Of a DNA stretch of 64,000 nt, positions 40,433 through 50,908 are shown piece by piece. Made by a program: the position numbers and the translations under genes. The notes below the pieces were generated by a model that had not been told where the DNA came from, made no database searches, and was given only the letters and a program-made list of their open reading frames with translations. The first letter of the stretch is position 1. Every line of letters starts with the position of its first letter. This DNA comes from Escherichia phage vB_EcoS_ESCO30: sequence record NC_106513.1. One strand, given 5' to 3'.

Positions 40433-40914
40433 TATTTAATTAAGTCCTCAACAGATGCATGATGTAGCCACGGCTCAAATAAACCAATTACGATTTCCAT
40501 GTCTTTCTTATTTAACACCATATGGGTACGACTCATTAAGTTGTCAACCATCGGGTCTGAGCTATCCAAAGCTATTAACCACTGTCCTCTGTCTTTTTTG
40601 AATATTAATGCAGGTTTGGAGTTCATCTGCTCACCTTCACGTGAGCACTGCTGCCACCACTTCTCTAGAGTGGATTCACCAACATTAAATAAATTACTTG
40701 ATATATTATCATCTTTATACCACTTAACTTCGAAGCAGTATTTACTAATGTGTCCGCTTTGTGGTGGAAGGTAGATGTCGCCCTTCAGTCCGTGGCTCTG
40801 GCCAAAAGCACCAGAGCCGGGAACACGTTCCCACTCAAGACCTGTACGCTCACGTAAAATATCTCTTACCTGATATTCACCACGTTTACCTTTCTCTCTA
40901 CTATCTACAGCCAT
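40432..40914 (-). CDS. Putative PD-(D/E)xK nuclease, possible junction resolvase (160 aa)
   Basis: GDIY...FEVK pattern consistent with the D...E-x-K catalytic core. Confidence 0.45.
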   Translation of the reverse strand: MAVDSREKGKRGEYQVRDILRERTGLEWERVPGSGAFGQSHGLKGDIYLPPQSGHISKYCFEVKWYKDDNISSNLFNVGESTLEKWWQQCSREGEQMNSKPALIFKKDRGQWLIALDSSDPMVDNLMSRTHMVLNKKDMEIVIGLFEPWLHHASVEDLIK

Positions 40915-40917
40915 GTT

Positions 40918-42756
40918 TTATTCTAAGTAGGAAAATCCTTCTGCATCTTTTTTGACAGTAATCTTATGAGCTAATGGATGCGTATGCCCATGAGAAACAA
41001 TGATAGAATTTAGACTTTCTTCCTCATTTAATAGTTCAACGAGAGTATCAAGTCCTTTCGTATCAATAAAGCTAATTACTTCATCAAGGAATAGAAGATT
41101 AATATTAACTTTACTAATAGATGTTAACAGCATCCGAATAGCTAACAGGGTTGCTAGATTAATTCTACTTTGCTGACCAGTAGAGCAGTTCTCCATACTG
41201 GTACGATTTCCATCATTGAAGATTACTACTTGTAATTTCGTTTCATCAAGTTCAAACCCAAGTGCGAATTTACCACCAGTCATAATGGAAAGGTATTTAT
41301 TAATTAGTTCTTCAAATACTTTCACACTATGCTCTAGTTTATACCCCACCAGATTTTTCAAAGCAGCAATTAGAATATCAAGATCAGCTACAGCTTCTGA
41401 TACTCCATCAAGTTTGGAAGTAATTTCAGTCATTTCTGCTTCAGCTTTCTCAATCTGTTCTAGTTTCGCTTTATATTTTGCATTAGCTAATTCGACATTT
41501 GCATTATGCTCTTTGGCAATTGCAACCTTAGAGCGGCCATCAGCGATTTCCTGTTCTAATTGTCGGATTTGCACCTGTAGGATTTGCACATTGAGTTCTT
41601 CAAAAGAAGCATCACTCATTGAATTTTTGAACTCGTCTCTAGCTACCACTGCTTTATCCAAAGCATCCTTTGCTCTAGAATACGCAATGTACTCAAGTTG
41701 TTCTTTTTTCAACTGTCCTAGCTTAGCTTCAAGGGATTGCTTCTCTTTGAACAGAGGATCATATTCTACTCTAGCCATATCCATTGCTTTTTGAGCAGCA
41801 GTTGTATCCAGGTGAGTACCACAAGTAGGGCATTCAGTATTTGAAGCCTCTTGCTTGAACTTCTGATAACGTTTCTTAACTTCGCTCGCACGTGAGGTCA
41901 CAATCGTTAGGTCACGCGTAACACTCGAGATCTCTTCATTTTGGTCGGTGGGCGCGGGCAAATTTTTGAAAGGTTCAAAAGATTGTTCGGCAACTTGTAC
42001 AGCTTTGTCCAAATTACGCAACTTAGTAATATTAGCCTCTTGAGACTTGGCTAATGCCGCCTTAATTTTCGATTCAGTAAGTTCTTGTGCTAATGGCTCT
42101 TCATCAAACTCCGGCACCTCTACAGGTTCCTGCAAAGTTCCTAGATTATTTTTTCCATTAAGGATTTTCGTAATTACAGCCATTTGGCCCTGCAAATTAT
42201 TTAAGGTATTTGCTATTTCTTTACGGTCGGCCTTAATAGTTTCCGACATTTCTTTGTATTGTTCTTGGTTGAACAAGTTAACAAGAAAAGCCTTACGTGT
42301 TGCATCTGTTGCTTTTAGAAAATCTAGATTAGAACCCACTGATTGATAAATCAGTTTGGTGAATGTTTGAAAGTCACCACCCATAATTTCTTCAATCATC
42401 TTATATGTTTGGGTTGCCGTATGCCCACTAATATCTTCTCCATTCTTAATGAGTGTAACCTTAGCAGTTGATTTAACTACTTTATGCAATTCATACTCAT
42501 CTTCATCTTTTGAGAAGTAAGCGTGCATATCATACTCTTTTTTCGGAGAAGACCAAGAGAACAGAGCATCCTTCTTAATACCACGTGAGTTCTTATTATA
42601 GAACAGCTCTTCTATAACCGTGGCGATGGTAGATTTCCCTAGCCCATTGCCCCCGATTAGTTGAGTAACTGGATTCTTATCGAAATGAATTACGATATCC
42701 TTACCGTAAGACATAACGTTACTAAATTTTAGTGTCTTAATTGTAATCTTTGACAT
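40918..42756 (-). CDS. SbcC/Rad50-like ATPase (about 612 aa)
   Basis: N-terminal Walker A GGNGLGKST, long coiled coil, C-terminal signature/Walker B LFLDEVISFID; start re-picked at MSKITIK. Confidence 0.8.
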   Translation of the reverse strand: MSKITIKTLKFSNVMSYGKDIVIHFDKNPVTQLIGGNGLGKSTIATVIEELFYNKNSRGIKKDALFSWSSPKKEYDMHAYFSKDEDEYELHKVVKSTAKVTLIKNGEDISGHTATQTYKMIEEIMGGDFQTFTKLIYQSVGSNLDFLKATDATRKAFLVNLFNQEQYKEMSETIKADRKEIANTLNNLQGQMAVITKILNGKNNLGTLQEPVEVPEFDEEPLAQELTESKIKAALAKSQEANITKLRNLDKAVQVAEQSFEPFKNLPAPTDQNEEISSVTRDLTIVTSRASEVKKRYQKFKQEASNTECPTCGTHLDTTAAQKAMDMARVEYDPLFKEKQSLEAKLGQLKKEQLEYIAYSRAKDALDKAVVARDEFKNSMSDASFEELNVQILQVQIRQLEQEIADGRSKVAIAKEHNANVELANAKYKAKLEQIEKAEAEMTEITSKLDGVSEAVADLDILIAALKNLVGYKLEHSVKVFEELINKYLSIMTGGKFALGFELDETKLQVVIFNDGNRTSMENCSTGQQSRINLATLLAIRMLLTSISKVNINLLFLDEVISFIDTKGLDTLVELLNEEESLNSIIVSHGHTHPLAHKITVKKDAEGFSYLE

Positions 42757-43714
42757 ATTTTGCAGCTCTAGCCAAGATTCTATCAATGTCGCCTTGAGAT
42801 AGCTTCTCGACTTCACGGAAGTAAAGTTCAAGTTCGCCCAACATATCAAGATCAACAAGATTTAACTTAGCATCTTTAGTAACTCGATGGTTAATCTTCT
42901 TATCTAATAAATCAGAGTCTTTAATAGACTTTAATTGAACAACGTCACCAGTAACTTCATAGACTACACGATCATAATCACTAGGTTCCATCTCTTCACC
43001 TGCTCCGATTGTTTTACGAATCAGTTGTGGTAAATCACCTAGTTCAATCCATTCTACTTTTAATGTGTCGGTATCAATGATAAAGCAACCATTTGTACCT
43101 TTTGTGCGTTCTCTATGGAACGATGTAGTTAATGGAGACCCTGGGTAGAGAAGTCTAGTAGATCCGATAGTCTGGCTATTAGTATAAGAATGTAAATCTC
43201 CAGCAATTACAGTATCATAACAGTTGTACTTAGTTAGATCAATTTCTGGTTTTACATGTGGAGGGATTTCACCACGAACATGCGTGAAACATAGTTTTGA
43301 TTCAGCAGGTTTCCACTTGGGTTTATGAATCTCATCATATGGGACAATATCAAATTCAGGGGAACGATATGGTTTGGTAATTACTTCCCACTTCCCACTA
43401 GTTACTTTATTAATAACTCCCGCATAATGGTATAGACATGAAATGGTTTTAGTTAACATTTCATGATTTCCAGTAAAGATTTTGCCTGGATGGTCAAGTC
43501 TTGACATGAACTGTTCAAGCAGTTCTATTTCTTCTGACGACGGGTCGGCAACATCAAGTATATCACCACCAGCAATATGAAGATCACAGTTATGATTATG
43601 GAATATATCATTTAACCGTTCTCCTAGCATCAGGAAGCGACGCTTCTGCCATTCCTTTGGAACTTTATCTTGTCCTAGTTTGATATGATGATCAGCACTA
43701 AATAATATTCTCAT
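42737..43714 (-). CDS. SbcD/Mre11-like metallophosphatase nuclease (325 aa)
   Basis: Phosphoesterase motifs ADHH, GDILD, GNHE; adjacent to SbcC-like gene. Confidence 0.8.
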   Translation of the reverse strand: MRILFSADHHIKLGQDKVPKEWQKRRFLMLGERLNDIFHNHNCDLHIAGGDILDVADPSSEEIELLEQFMSRLDHPGKIFTGNHEMLTKTISCLYHYAGVINKVTSGKWEVITKPYRSPEFDIVPYDEIHKPKWKPAESKLCFTHVRGEIPPHVKPEIDLTKYNCYDTVIAGDLHSYTNSQTIGSTRLLYPGSPLTTSFHRERTKGTNGCFIIDTDTLKVEWIELGDLPQLIRKTIGAGEEMEPSDYDRVVYEVTGDVVQLKSIKDSDLLDKKINHRVTKDAKLNLVDLDMLGELELYFREVEKLSQGDIDRILARAAKYVKDYN

Positions 43715-43715
43715 T

Positions 43716-43745
43716 GGTTAAAAAGAAAGGGGCCGAAGCCCCTCT
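43716..43745 (-). terminator. Terminator hairpin AGGGGCTTCGGCCCCT + T-run on minus strand
   Basis: GC stem with loop then TTTCTTTTT in minus-strand reading. Confidence 0.6.
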
Positions 43746-43750
43746 ATTTA

Positions 43751-44524
43751 TTAGTCATCCAGATCGCTTGCAGCTTCCTGGTCAATACCTTTCTGGGAAC
43801 CAGCATTGCTGTTACCAGATTTGGCATCATCATCTTTATTCTCACGACCTTCCATGAAGGCTAGAATTGCTTCTTTCTGCTCTTCATAGGTAGGAACCGG
43901 ATAGGTTTGTTCCAGAGAAGGAACTTTTTCGAACTTAATGATGTCGCCATCTTCATCACACATAGCTTCACCGATCAGATCTACATCCGCAGCATATTGC
44001 TTAGATTCCGCACTGTTAGGATCTTGCAGCTTAATCTGGAACTGCATAGCAGCAATCTGCTGTACATCATACTCAGTATCGAAACCTTTACCTTTTTTCT
44101 CGATAGAAATATCAATATCAAACGGAGTTGCCAGGTTCAACTGCTTCATGATAGACTGGATGCCTTTCAGAATAGTAGCCTTGACTTCCATTACTTTCAG
44201 TTTGTTATCAGAACGGTCAATAACAAAGGCGATATAGTTTTTCTTCGGTTTCAGCGGAACACGATTACCATCTTTATCCAGCTCTTTCTCGAAGAAGCCC
44301 ATCTCATGAACCGGATCAGCTTTACCACGAACAAAGCTCTCTTTGTCACGGTTAAAACGGAGACATTCGAAAGGAGCTACGTTACCCTCTTTATTAGTCA
44401 GCCAATAGACATAACGTGGAAGAACACCAGAAACGATACGAACACGAGTGATACCGTTGTTGAACTTCAGGAATTCGATTTTATCGTTAGAACCGCCAGT
44501 AGTTTCGCCCCAAGACTTAGCCAT
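43751..44524 (-). CDS. Putative ssDNA-binding protein with acidic C-terminal tail (257 aa)
   Basis: Acidic C-terminus ...QEAASDLDD as in phage SSBs; replication-gene context. Confidence 0.45.
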   Translation of the reverse strand: MAKSWGETTGGSNDKIEFLKFNNGITRVRIVSGVLPRYVYWLTNKEGNVAPFECLRFNRDKESFVRGKADPVHEMGFFEKELDKDGNRVPLKPKKNYIAFVIDRSDNKLKVMEVKATILKGIQSIMKQLNLATPFDIDISIEKKGKGFDTEYDVQQIAAMQFQIKLQDPNSAESKQYAADVDLIGEAMCDEDGDIIKFEKVPSLEQTYPVPTYEEQKEAILAFMEGRENKDDDAKSGNSNAGSQKGIDQEAASDLDD

Positions 44525-44801
44525 ATTTTATTTCCTCTTTAAAGATTAATTTCGATTTGTTAATTGCGATTAGTGGGTTAGTGTCGATTACTAAACGTGG
44601 TATCCATACTGGAACATATTGTATGTCCAAACTGGGATCGTTTGTAAACTTGTATTCGGCATAATTTCGTAGACTTAAAATTCCTAGATATTCTGCCAGT
44701 TGTCTATTAGACAATTTATTTGGATTATCAACTATTGTTGATTCATTCAAAATGAATGAGGAACCTACCAATAATTGGTGAGCATCAGGCTCTGTAAGCA
44801 T
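44517..44801 (-). CDS. Hypothetical protein (94 aa)
   Basis: Downstream of two tandem early promoters; weak SD. Confidence 0.35.
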   Translation of the reverse strand: MLTEPDAHQLLVGSSFILNESTIVDNPNKLSNRQLAEYLGILSLRNYAEYKFTNDPSLDIQYVPVWIPRLVIDTNPLIAINKSKLIFKEEIKYG

Positions 44802-44908
44802 TCTTTTGAATAGCTTAATAATTAGGTCGGAATTTCCTCTAGCTAGTAAGTATAGCTTTTCATAATCGAAGAATTTAATTTTTGTTTTCTCCTCGAATTT
44901 ATGTATAT

Positions 44909-44938
44909 ATTATACTAGATTTCGAGAGAATTTAGCAA
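44909..44938 (-). promoter_or_regulatory. Sigma70 promoter TTGCTA-18-TATAAT
   Basis: Minus-strand reading of 44909-44938. Confidence 0.55.
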
Positions 44939-45009
44939 CTAAAATTTTTATTTTTCTGCTTCGGACTTTCTTATCAATCCGAAACTTTCTCTCTCAAATT
45001 TATGTATAT

Positions 45010-45038
45010 ATTATACATCATTTATGAGCTGTTGCCAA
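45010..45038 (-). promoter_or_regulatory. Sigma70 promoter TTGGCA-17-TATAAT (tandem with 44909-44938)
   Basis: Minus-strand reading; shares downstream ATAAATTTGAGAGAG box with the 58030 promoter. Confidence 0.6.
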
Positions 45039-46374
45039 ATGCAATTTTAGCTAATTGAACTGCTTTCTCAGGAGTCATGGTAATAGTTTTCCACCCATTG
45101 TTACGATATACTGCCATCCGTCCAGAAGCCTGCCTTAGTCCAGTGCCACCTTTCATAATTAGATCTACAACAATAGGGTCGAGTTTACCATCGACAATAC
45201 GTTGAACACGTCCTGCAAGCTGTTCAATGAGAGATTCATTATTAATGAGGCTTCCCATTATTAAACAAGACAGCTCATTAAGGGAAATACCTTCAGAGAA
45301 GATACTTTGAGCTGCTGCAAGTACACAAGGCCCACCTTTTGCTATATCTTCCTGAATTTTTAATCGGTCATCCAAGTGGGTTGCCCCTATAATTTCATAT
45401 GTTGTAACACCACGCTGTGCAAGAGCTTCTAGTACTGTTTGGATTAACTCTGTTCTATCACTTACAATGAGTACTTTATGCCCCATATTCACATATAGAT
45501 GTGCTAGGTTTATAATAGTCTCTCGGTATTCAGGATGGTTATACACATCGTTAGCACGTAATGCCCACGGTACGTTTTGGTTCCCTGATAACTCAACAGG
45601 TACGGAGTATCTATGGATTGTAGGTGCAACAGTATTATTAACCGGTGGGCTAAAGATATTATATCCAAAGAAATCTTTGAACATAACTTGTAGACCATCT
45701 TTACGTTTTAATGTTCCAGATAGCCCAATCTTATAGCGAGCACATGATATTTCTAGGAAGTTAGTGAAAGTTGTAGCCACACAATGGTGAACTTCATCAA
45801 CTATAACAGTACCGAATACTTTAGAAAGATTATTCGCATGTTTATTCACTGTTTGAATATTACTGACCACAATTGGTGGATCAATATTGTATTTTCCAGA
45901 ACCTATGATACCTGGTTCAAACCCAAACCATTTACGAACTTCTGCTGCCCACATCTCACGAATAGATGTGTTAGTACAAATTACCAGAGTTTTCTGGCCA
46001 AATTTATACGCAAGTGCAAGGGCTAGGATAGTTTTGCCAAATCCAGGCTTACCATTAATAATACAGGTATCATCGCATTCTTCGTATATTGGAAGCTGGT
46101 CTTCTTCACGCAGCTTGAACTTAGGTTTTGGTATTTCTACCGGAGCTAATGTGCGTTTATCTACTAATTCGTACTTTACTCCTTTAGCATCTAGTAAATC
46201 CAGACGCGTAATAGGAATCCACTTAATCTCTTTGGCGACAACACCACTATTCTTATACATAATAGGGTATTTACTAGTCATTGTCTCGATGTGATAAGTG
46301 GTTTGTTTACTACAATAATCCCAAAGTTCATCATCGGGCTTGAAATAGGCTTTATTAGATATAACAACCTTCAT
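45022..46374 (-). CDS. SF2 DEAD/DEAH-box-type helicase (450 aa)
   Basis: Motif I GKPGFGKT, motif II VIVDEVHH, motif VI QLAGRVQR. Confidence 0.8.
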   Translation of the reverse strand: MKVVISNKAYFKPDDELWDYCSKQTTYHIETMTSKYPIMYKNSGVVAKEIKWIPITRLDLLDAKGVKYELVDKRTLAPVEIPKPKFKLREEDQLPIYEECDDTCIINGKPGFGKTILALALAYKFGQKTLVICTNTSIREMWAAEVRKWFGFEPGIIGSGKYNIDPPIVVSNIQTVNKHANNLSKVFGTVIVDEVHHCVATTFTNFLEISCARYKIGLSGTLKRKDGLQVMFKDFFGYNIFSPPVNNTVAPTIHRYSVPVELSGNQNVPWALRANDVYNHPEYRETIINLAHLYVNMGHKVLIVSDRTELIQTVLEALAQRGVTTYEIIGATHLDDRLKIQEDIAKGGPCVLAAAQSIFSEGISLNELSCLIMGSLINNESLIEQLAGRVQRIVDGKLDPIVVDLIMKGGTGLRQASGRMAVYRNNGWKTITMTPEKAVQLAKIAFGNSS

Positions 46375-46868
46375 AATTTTATTCTAAGTCTAGGAATTTC
46401 AGGCTCCTCTTGATGGACTTGATAAATAACAGGGCTATTATTTACCAGAATATAGCTTATATAAGCTGGAACATAGGATAATACAAATGGATATGGAACT
46501 TTAGCTACATAGCATTGGTATTTTCCGTTATAAATTCTAGCTGAATGCAAAACTTTAGAGGTGACAACATCATAGAACGTAGTTTTCTTCCAGTTAATAA
46601 GATTTCCATCAGAATCTATAAATTGGCTACGCTTTGACCCAACTAATTGAGACAACATTGATATTCTACCTCTAATAGGGTAGAGCTTGTATGGTAATTC
46701 TTTCCGTTTCTCAAATAGGATAAGCCTACGTTGAGAAAACGTGCCAGGCAACTTCCTGTTATCTAGCACATATTTATTATATCTTGTTGTAATTACGGAA
46801 TAATCACCTTCTTGCTCAATTGATACAAACGCCCGTAAAGCATATACGGGCAATTTGAAATCAAGCAC
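46371..46868 (-). CDS. Hypothetical protein (165 aa)
   Basis: Non-ATG start in track; coupled to polymerase stop. Confidence 0.4.
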   Translation of the reverse strand: MLDFKLPVYALRAFVSIEQEGDYSVITTRYNKYVLDNRKLPGTFSQRRLILFEKRKELPYKLYPIRGRISMLSQLVGSKRSQFIDSDGNLINWKKTTFYDVVTSKVLHSARIYNGKYQCYVAKVPYPFVLSYVPAYISYILVNNSPVIYQVHQEEPEIPRLRIKL

Positions 46869-49428
46869 CGAGAATCCTTCTCACGTTATCCAAATCTTTA
46901 CATACAGCAATAAACTTATCATCCTTGTATTTGCTATGATCTGGATGCTCTTTATCCATTGCAGCTAGTTTCTTATACTCGAATTCTGCATCAAGTAATA
47001 CACCCTTGACATAACGAGTGTATTCATCATCATCAATACAAGCGATTGATGGATGCTGCTTCTTCATCTTACCACAAGAGTAGTCACGAGAACCTCCAGC
47101 TTCAGAATCAGAATCAATACCAATCGGACAACCAGGAATACTGATACCACGGTCTTTCTGAATATTACGAATCAGGATTTCATTGTATTGGTCGATCAAG
47201 TCTTCACGAACAATAGCAACTACGGAGTCATGAACCAGCATAACAATCTTCATCTCTTGTTCTAGGCCAAGAGAAATGATCTCATTATCTGTATCTACAG
47301 CACCTAAAAGGAGACTATCAGAAGAAGCAGACTGAATGATTGCGTTAAATCCAGAACGGATTTCTTCACCCTGAACACCACGGTCTTCGGAGTGGATATT
47401 ATGCAGACGACGTTTACGACCAAAGTGACTGTAGATAAATCCATGATTCTTGATCTGATCGTGGCACTTATCAATCCAACGCTTAAGCTGCGGGAACTGA
47501 CCGAAGTAAGTTTCAATGTACTCTTTAGCATCTGCAACAGTACACTCCACAAACGGTTCACCTGTCTTAGCAGCTTGTTCCAGAAGAGCTTCATTAACAG
47601 AATGAGCTACTTTAGCCGGGCCAGAACCGTACAAAATACCGAAGGTGATTGCTTTAGCTGCTTGACGCAGAGCTGGGAATAACTTTTTAACATCACGAGG
47701 CTCGCACTGGAGCTTAAATACCATGTGTGCGATGTTAGAGTGGAAGTCAGGATATTTATCAGGTTCATTTCTCATGTTGATAAATACTTGTTGCATATTT
47801 CTATCCCCAGATAGAACAGCAGCATAATAAACTTCCGCAGTTGTTAAGTCCCATGCGATTACACGATACCGGGGAGGAGCTACTACACAACCCTTGATAA
47901 TAGATTCATCACGAGGTAACTGTTGAAGGTTCAGTTTACCAGAAGAACTCAGACGACCAGAAGTAGTCATGTGTTCGTGGAAGCCAGTACGAATGCAACC
48001 ATCAGCATCAATGCTCAGAAGAATCTTCTCAACGTAAGTAGAGATCAGCTTAGTCAGCTTACGAATCTCTAGCAGAGTTTTAGCAATTGGATGCTGCGTA
48101 GACAGTTCGTTCAGAGCTTCTGCATCTGTAGAGTCCGCTCCAGTATCTGTCAATTTACCTGTTGGAGTTAAGCCAACATAATCAAACAGAAGAACACGCA
48201 GCTGCTTAACAGAGTTTGGGTTAAACGCCTCGTTCTGGTCTTTTTCTAGCTGAACGACTTCTGGATAAGTATACAGTTTCTCACGAGCCTTATTCAGGTT
48301 ATGGGTTAACTGGTACTGTGCTTCTTTCAAGCGATCAATAGAAATTGGTACACCACGATCTTCAACACGTTGCAGGAACACGCAACCAGGCATCAAAACA
48401 TCGTAGTATAGACTGCAAAGTTTTTCATTCTTCTCAATTTTTGGTAAGAAGAAGTTGTGCAAACGTATGGTTGCATCGGTATCTTTTGCAGCGTAAGGCC
48501 ACATAATATCAAACGGAATTAAATCATAGGTGAAATCTTCTTTCTTGATTTTATGTGCTTTGCAGTAATCATCCTTGAACTTATCTAGTTCAAAGTCATA
48601 GTCACCCATATCGGTGTACTTCATTGCTAGAGATTTCAAGCCGTGAGTACCACGACGTTCATCTAGAACATAATGCTGCAACATTGTATCATGGAGCCTG
48701 CGTTCTTTATGTGCTTTATCAAAAGTAAGTCCCAGATGGTACTTATAAAAGTGCATATCAAACTTCAAGTTGTGAAAAACAATAGTGTGGTTTTCACTAT
48801 CCAGAATTTTCTGGAGATAATATACTGCAACCTCTGTGAGACAATCAGAATCGATATACACACCCTGATACTCTTGGTGAGACATAGAAACACCAAGCAG
48901 ATAACCATCTCGACAGTATAGTGCTGAGGTTTCGGAGTCGAATGCTACAGGTCCGATAACCATATTATACACCATCTTGATATATTCTTCCGCCTCGTCA
49001 GGGTCAGTAATAGGGCGGTAATCACCAGCTTTTGCAATCTTCTCGCGACCATTGATAATATCGTGGATATTCTCTACTGTTGCATCAAAAACTGGTTTCA
49101 TTTCAGGCTTAAAGTGTAACTGGGCTGGGCTGATACTCGCAATCCAGTTAGCATATCCATTATACTCTACACGTTTACCAGTATAGTCACCAATGCCTTT
49201 CTTACCTGCGAAGTACAGGAAAGGTTCAGCACCTACTAGTATAACAAAATCGTAATCATTCGGATCAAATGGGTTTTCTGGTGTTCCAATAGTAATATGC
49301 TTTTTAAGCAAACGACCAGATAACTTCTCGTTACACATATGGAATACATCAACTTCCTCGCCGTATAGCTGGAAATGTTTATCGTAACGAGTGTTGTTTA
49401 GCGCTTTATCAACTACTGCGATTTTCAA
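46861..49428 (-). CDS. Family A DNA polymerase with 3'-5' exonuclease domain (855 aa)
   Basis: Exo motifs (AFDSETS), PolA motif B RQAAKAITFGILYG, motif C LVHDS; size equals my memory of T5 polymerase. Confidence 0.9.
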   Translation of the reverse strand: MKIAVVDKALNNTRYDKHFQLYGEEVDVFHMCNEKLSGRLLKKHITIGTPENPFDPNDYDFVILVGAEPFLYFAGKKGIGDYTGKRVEYNGYANWIASISPAQLHFKPEMKPVFDATVENIHDIINGREKIAKAGDYRPITDPDEAEEYIKMVYNMVIGPVAFDSETSALYCRDGYLLGVSMSHQEYQGVYIDSDCLTEVAVYYLQKILDSENHTIVFHNLKFDMHFYKYHLGLTFDKAHKERRLHDTMLQHYVLDERRGTHGLKSLAMKYTDMGDYDFELDKFKDDYCKAHKIKKEDFTYDLIPFDIMWPYAAKDTDATIRLHNFFLPKIEKNEKLCSLYYDVLMPGCVFLQRVEDRGVPISIDRLKEAQYQLTHNLNKAREKLYTYPEVVQLEKDQNEAFNPNSVKQLRVLLFDYVGLTPTGKLTDTGADSTDAEALNELSTQHPIAKTLLEIRKLTKLISTYVEKILLSIDADGCIRTGFHEHMTTSGRLSSSGKLNLQQLPRDESIIKGCVVAPPRYRVIAWDLTTAEVYYAAVLSGDRNMQQVFINMRNEPDKYPDFHSNIAHMVFKLQCEPRDVKKLFPALRQAAKAITFGILYGSGPAKVAHSVNEALLEQAAKTGEPFVECTVADAKEYIETYFGQFPQLKRWIDKCHDQIKNHGFIYSHFGRKRRLHNIHSEDRGVQGEEIRSGFNAIIQSASSDSLLLGAVDTDNEIISLGLEQEMKIVMLVHDSVVAIVREDLIDQYNEILIRNIQKDRGISIPGCPIGIDSDSEAGGSRDYSCGKMKKQHPSIACIDDDEYTRYVKGVLLDAEFEYKKLAAMDKEHPDHSKYKDDKFIAVCKDLDNVRRILGA

Positions 49429-49489
49429 ATTTAATCTCCTCTTGGTAAGTAAGTATAACTTCAGTGTTTCTTCTCTAACTTACCAATAT

Positions 49490-49519
49490 ATTATACCAAA
49501 TCTTTAAGCGATTCAGCAA
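49490..49519 (-). promoter_or_regulatory. Sigma70 promoter-like TTGCTG-18-TATAAT upstream of polymerase gene
   Basis: Minus-strand reading; embedded in the 3' end of the primase ORF. Confidence 0.45.
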
Positions 49520-50381
49520 CTAAAATTTCAATACGTTTTGCTAACATATCAATTTCATCTTTGTTTAAATCACCCGGATCTTTACCTTCAGGCAGAAGAA
49601 AGTTAGCAACTACAGGTATTAAACGCGTTTTTGTACGAATTAACTTGGCCAACGCTTGTGCAGCCTTATTACCAGAAGCATCATTATCTAGTAAGATAAC
49701 AACAACTTTTACACCAGCAATAATATAAGGGCTGAACTTATCCGCAATGTTATCCGAAGTAAACTGATGTGTACCAAAGCAGCAAGAAGCGTAGTCTATA
49801 CCACTATCTTCTAGATTCAGCATATCAAAGATACCCTCAACTAGAATAAGAACTGGAGTATTATATCGTACAGGAAAAATTGGTGGTGAAACTTGTTTTG
49901 GTTTTACTAAGTATTTAGGAGGGGCAGAACTGTTTATAGAACGACCCAAAAATAGGATATTGCGTCCAACAGCATCTGTGATTGGGAATACAATTCTGCC
50001 TTCCCAGTCTGCTTGGTGTTGGAAAGCAAAATATTTCTTCAAGGTCTTAGAACTTATACCTCGGAAATCACCTTCGAAAAGGTAAGCAGATTCAGGAATT
50101 GCAAGATTCGTTGATCCATTCCTAATCTCTGAAATCTTTTTACGTACTTGCGATAGCCTTGGGGACTGTCGGTACTGAGTCTCATTAAAATAATGGTAAA
50201 TGCTCGGTATACCTTTACCGAAGCCACAACTCAAGCAGTGCATAATACCTGTTTCAGGGTCAATACGCAAACTTGGGTGTTTATCGTCATGATCTGGATT
50301 TAAGCAACAGATTAAAATATCTCCACCAGTATCTTTATACTCAATTCCCTTAAGATCAAGTAATTCTGTTATTCTACTCAT
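49491..50381 (-). CDS. DnaG-like primase (296 aa)
   Basis: Zinc-binding CCLNPDH...CLSCGFGKG, TOPRIM-like acidic motifs. Confidence 0.65.
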   Translation of the reverse strand: MSRITELLDLKGIEYKDTGGDILICCLNPDHDDKHPSLRIDPETGIMHCLSCGFGKGIPSIYHYFNETQYRQSPRLSQVRKKISEIRNGSTNLAIPESAYLFEGDFRGISSKTLKKYFAFQHQADWEGRIVFPITDAVGRNILFLGRSINSSAPPKYLVKPKQVSPPIFPVRYNTPVLILVEGIFDMLNLEDSGIDYASCCFGTHQFTSDNIADKFSPYIIAGVKVVVILLDNDASGNKAAQALAKLIRTKTRLIPVVANFLLPEGKDPGDLNKDEIDMLAKRIEILVAESLKDLV

Positions 50382-50908
50382 GAATTTAGCTCCTCCAGTG
50401 AAGGATACTTAGTTGGATCAAAGATCTCTTGAACAGCATTTTCTCCATGTAATTGTAGACGTAGTTCATTGGCTTTAGTGACTGCAAGCTTTAGATCTGC
50501 GTAATTAAAGAGCCCACCGTGAACTTTTTCTCCCGTAGAATTTACTACTCTTACATGCCATTTGTGATCCCGCTTAAACCAGAAAACTCCCAAGTATCCA
50601 GATTTACTTCTAGCTGTTTTATTTCTACTATTTTCTTGCCGGGTGGATGGCCTAATATTAATCCATCTATTATCCCAAGTAATTCGATTAATATGGTCTA
50701 CTTCCTCTGGCATATATCCTTCCATATATAGGAAGGCTAGTTGGTGTGCAAAGTATAATTTTCTATCTACCTTTATCCGTATGTATCCACTATCTAGAGT
50801 ACCCGCAATACTACCAGCTTTCTGATTGCCTCTAGATACTTTTCTAGTAAACTCCCCAGTCTCTGGGGAGTAGTCAAACAGTTCTTTTAGTCGTTCCTGT
50901 GTTATCAT
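50378..50908 (-). CDS. HNH-AP2-type homing endonuclease (176 aa)
   Basis: HQLAFLYMEG...VDHINR...NIRPSTRQEN and AP2-like YLGVFW; inserted between primase and helicase. Confidence 0.65.
   Translation of the reverse strand: MITQERLKELFDYSPETGEFTRKVSRGNQKAGSIAGTLDSGYIRIKVDRKLYFAHQLAFLYMEGYMPEEVDHINRITWDNRWINIRPSTRQENSRNKTARSKSGYLGVFWFKRDHKWHVRVVNSTGEKVHGGLFNYADLKLAVTKANELRLQLHGENAVQEIFDPTKYPSLEELNS

Noticed and set aside
41216-41794. Plus-strand ORF 41216-41794 inside the SbcC-like gene
   Set aside because: Antisense to a gene with clear ATPase motifs; Ser-rich low-complexity translation.
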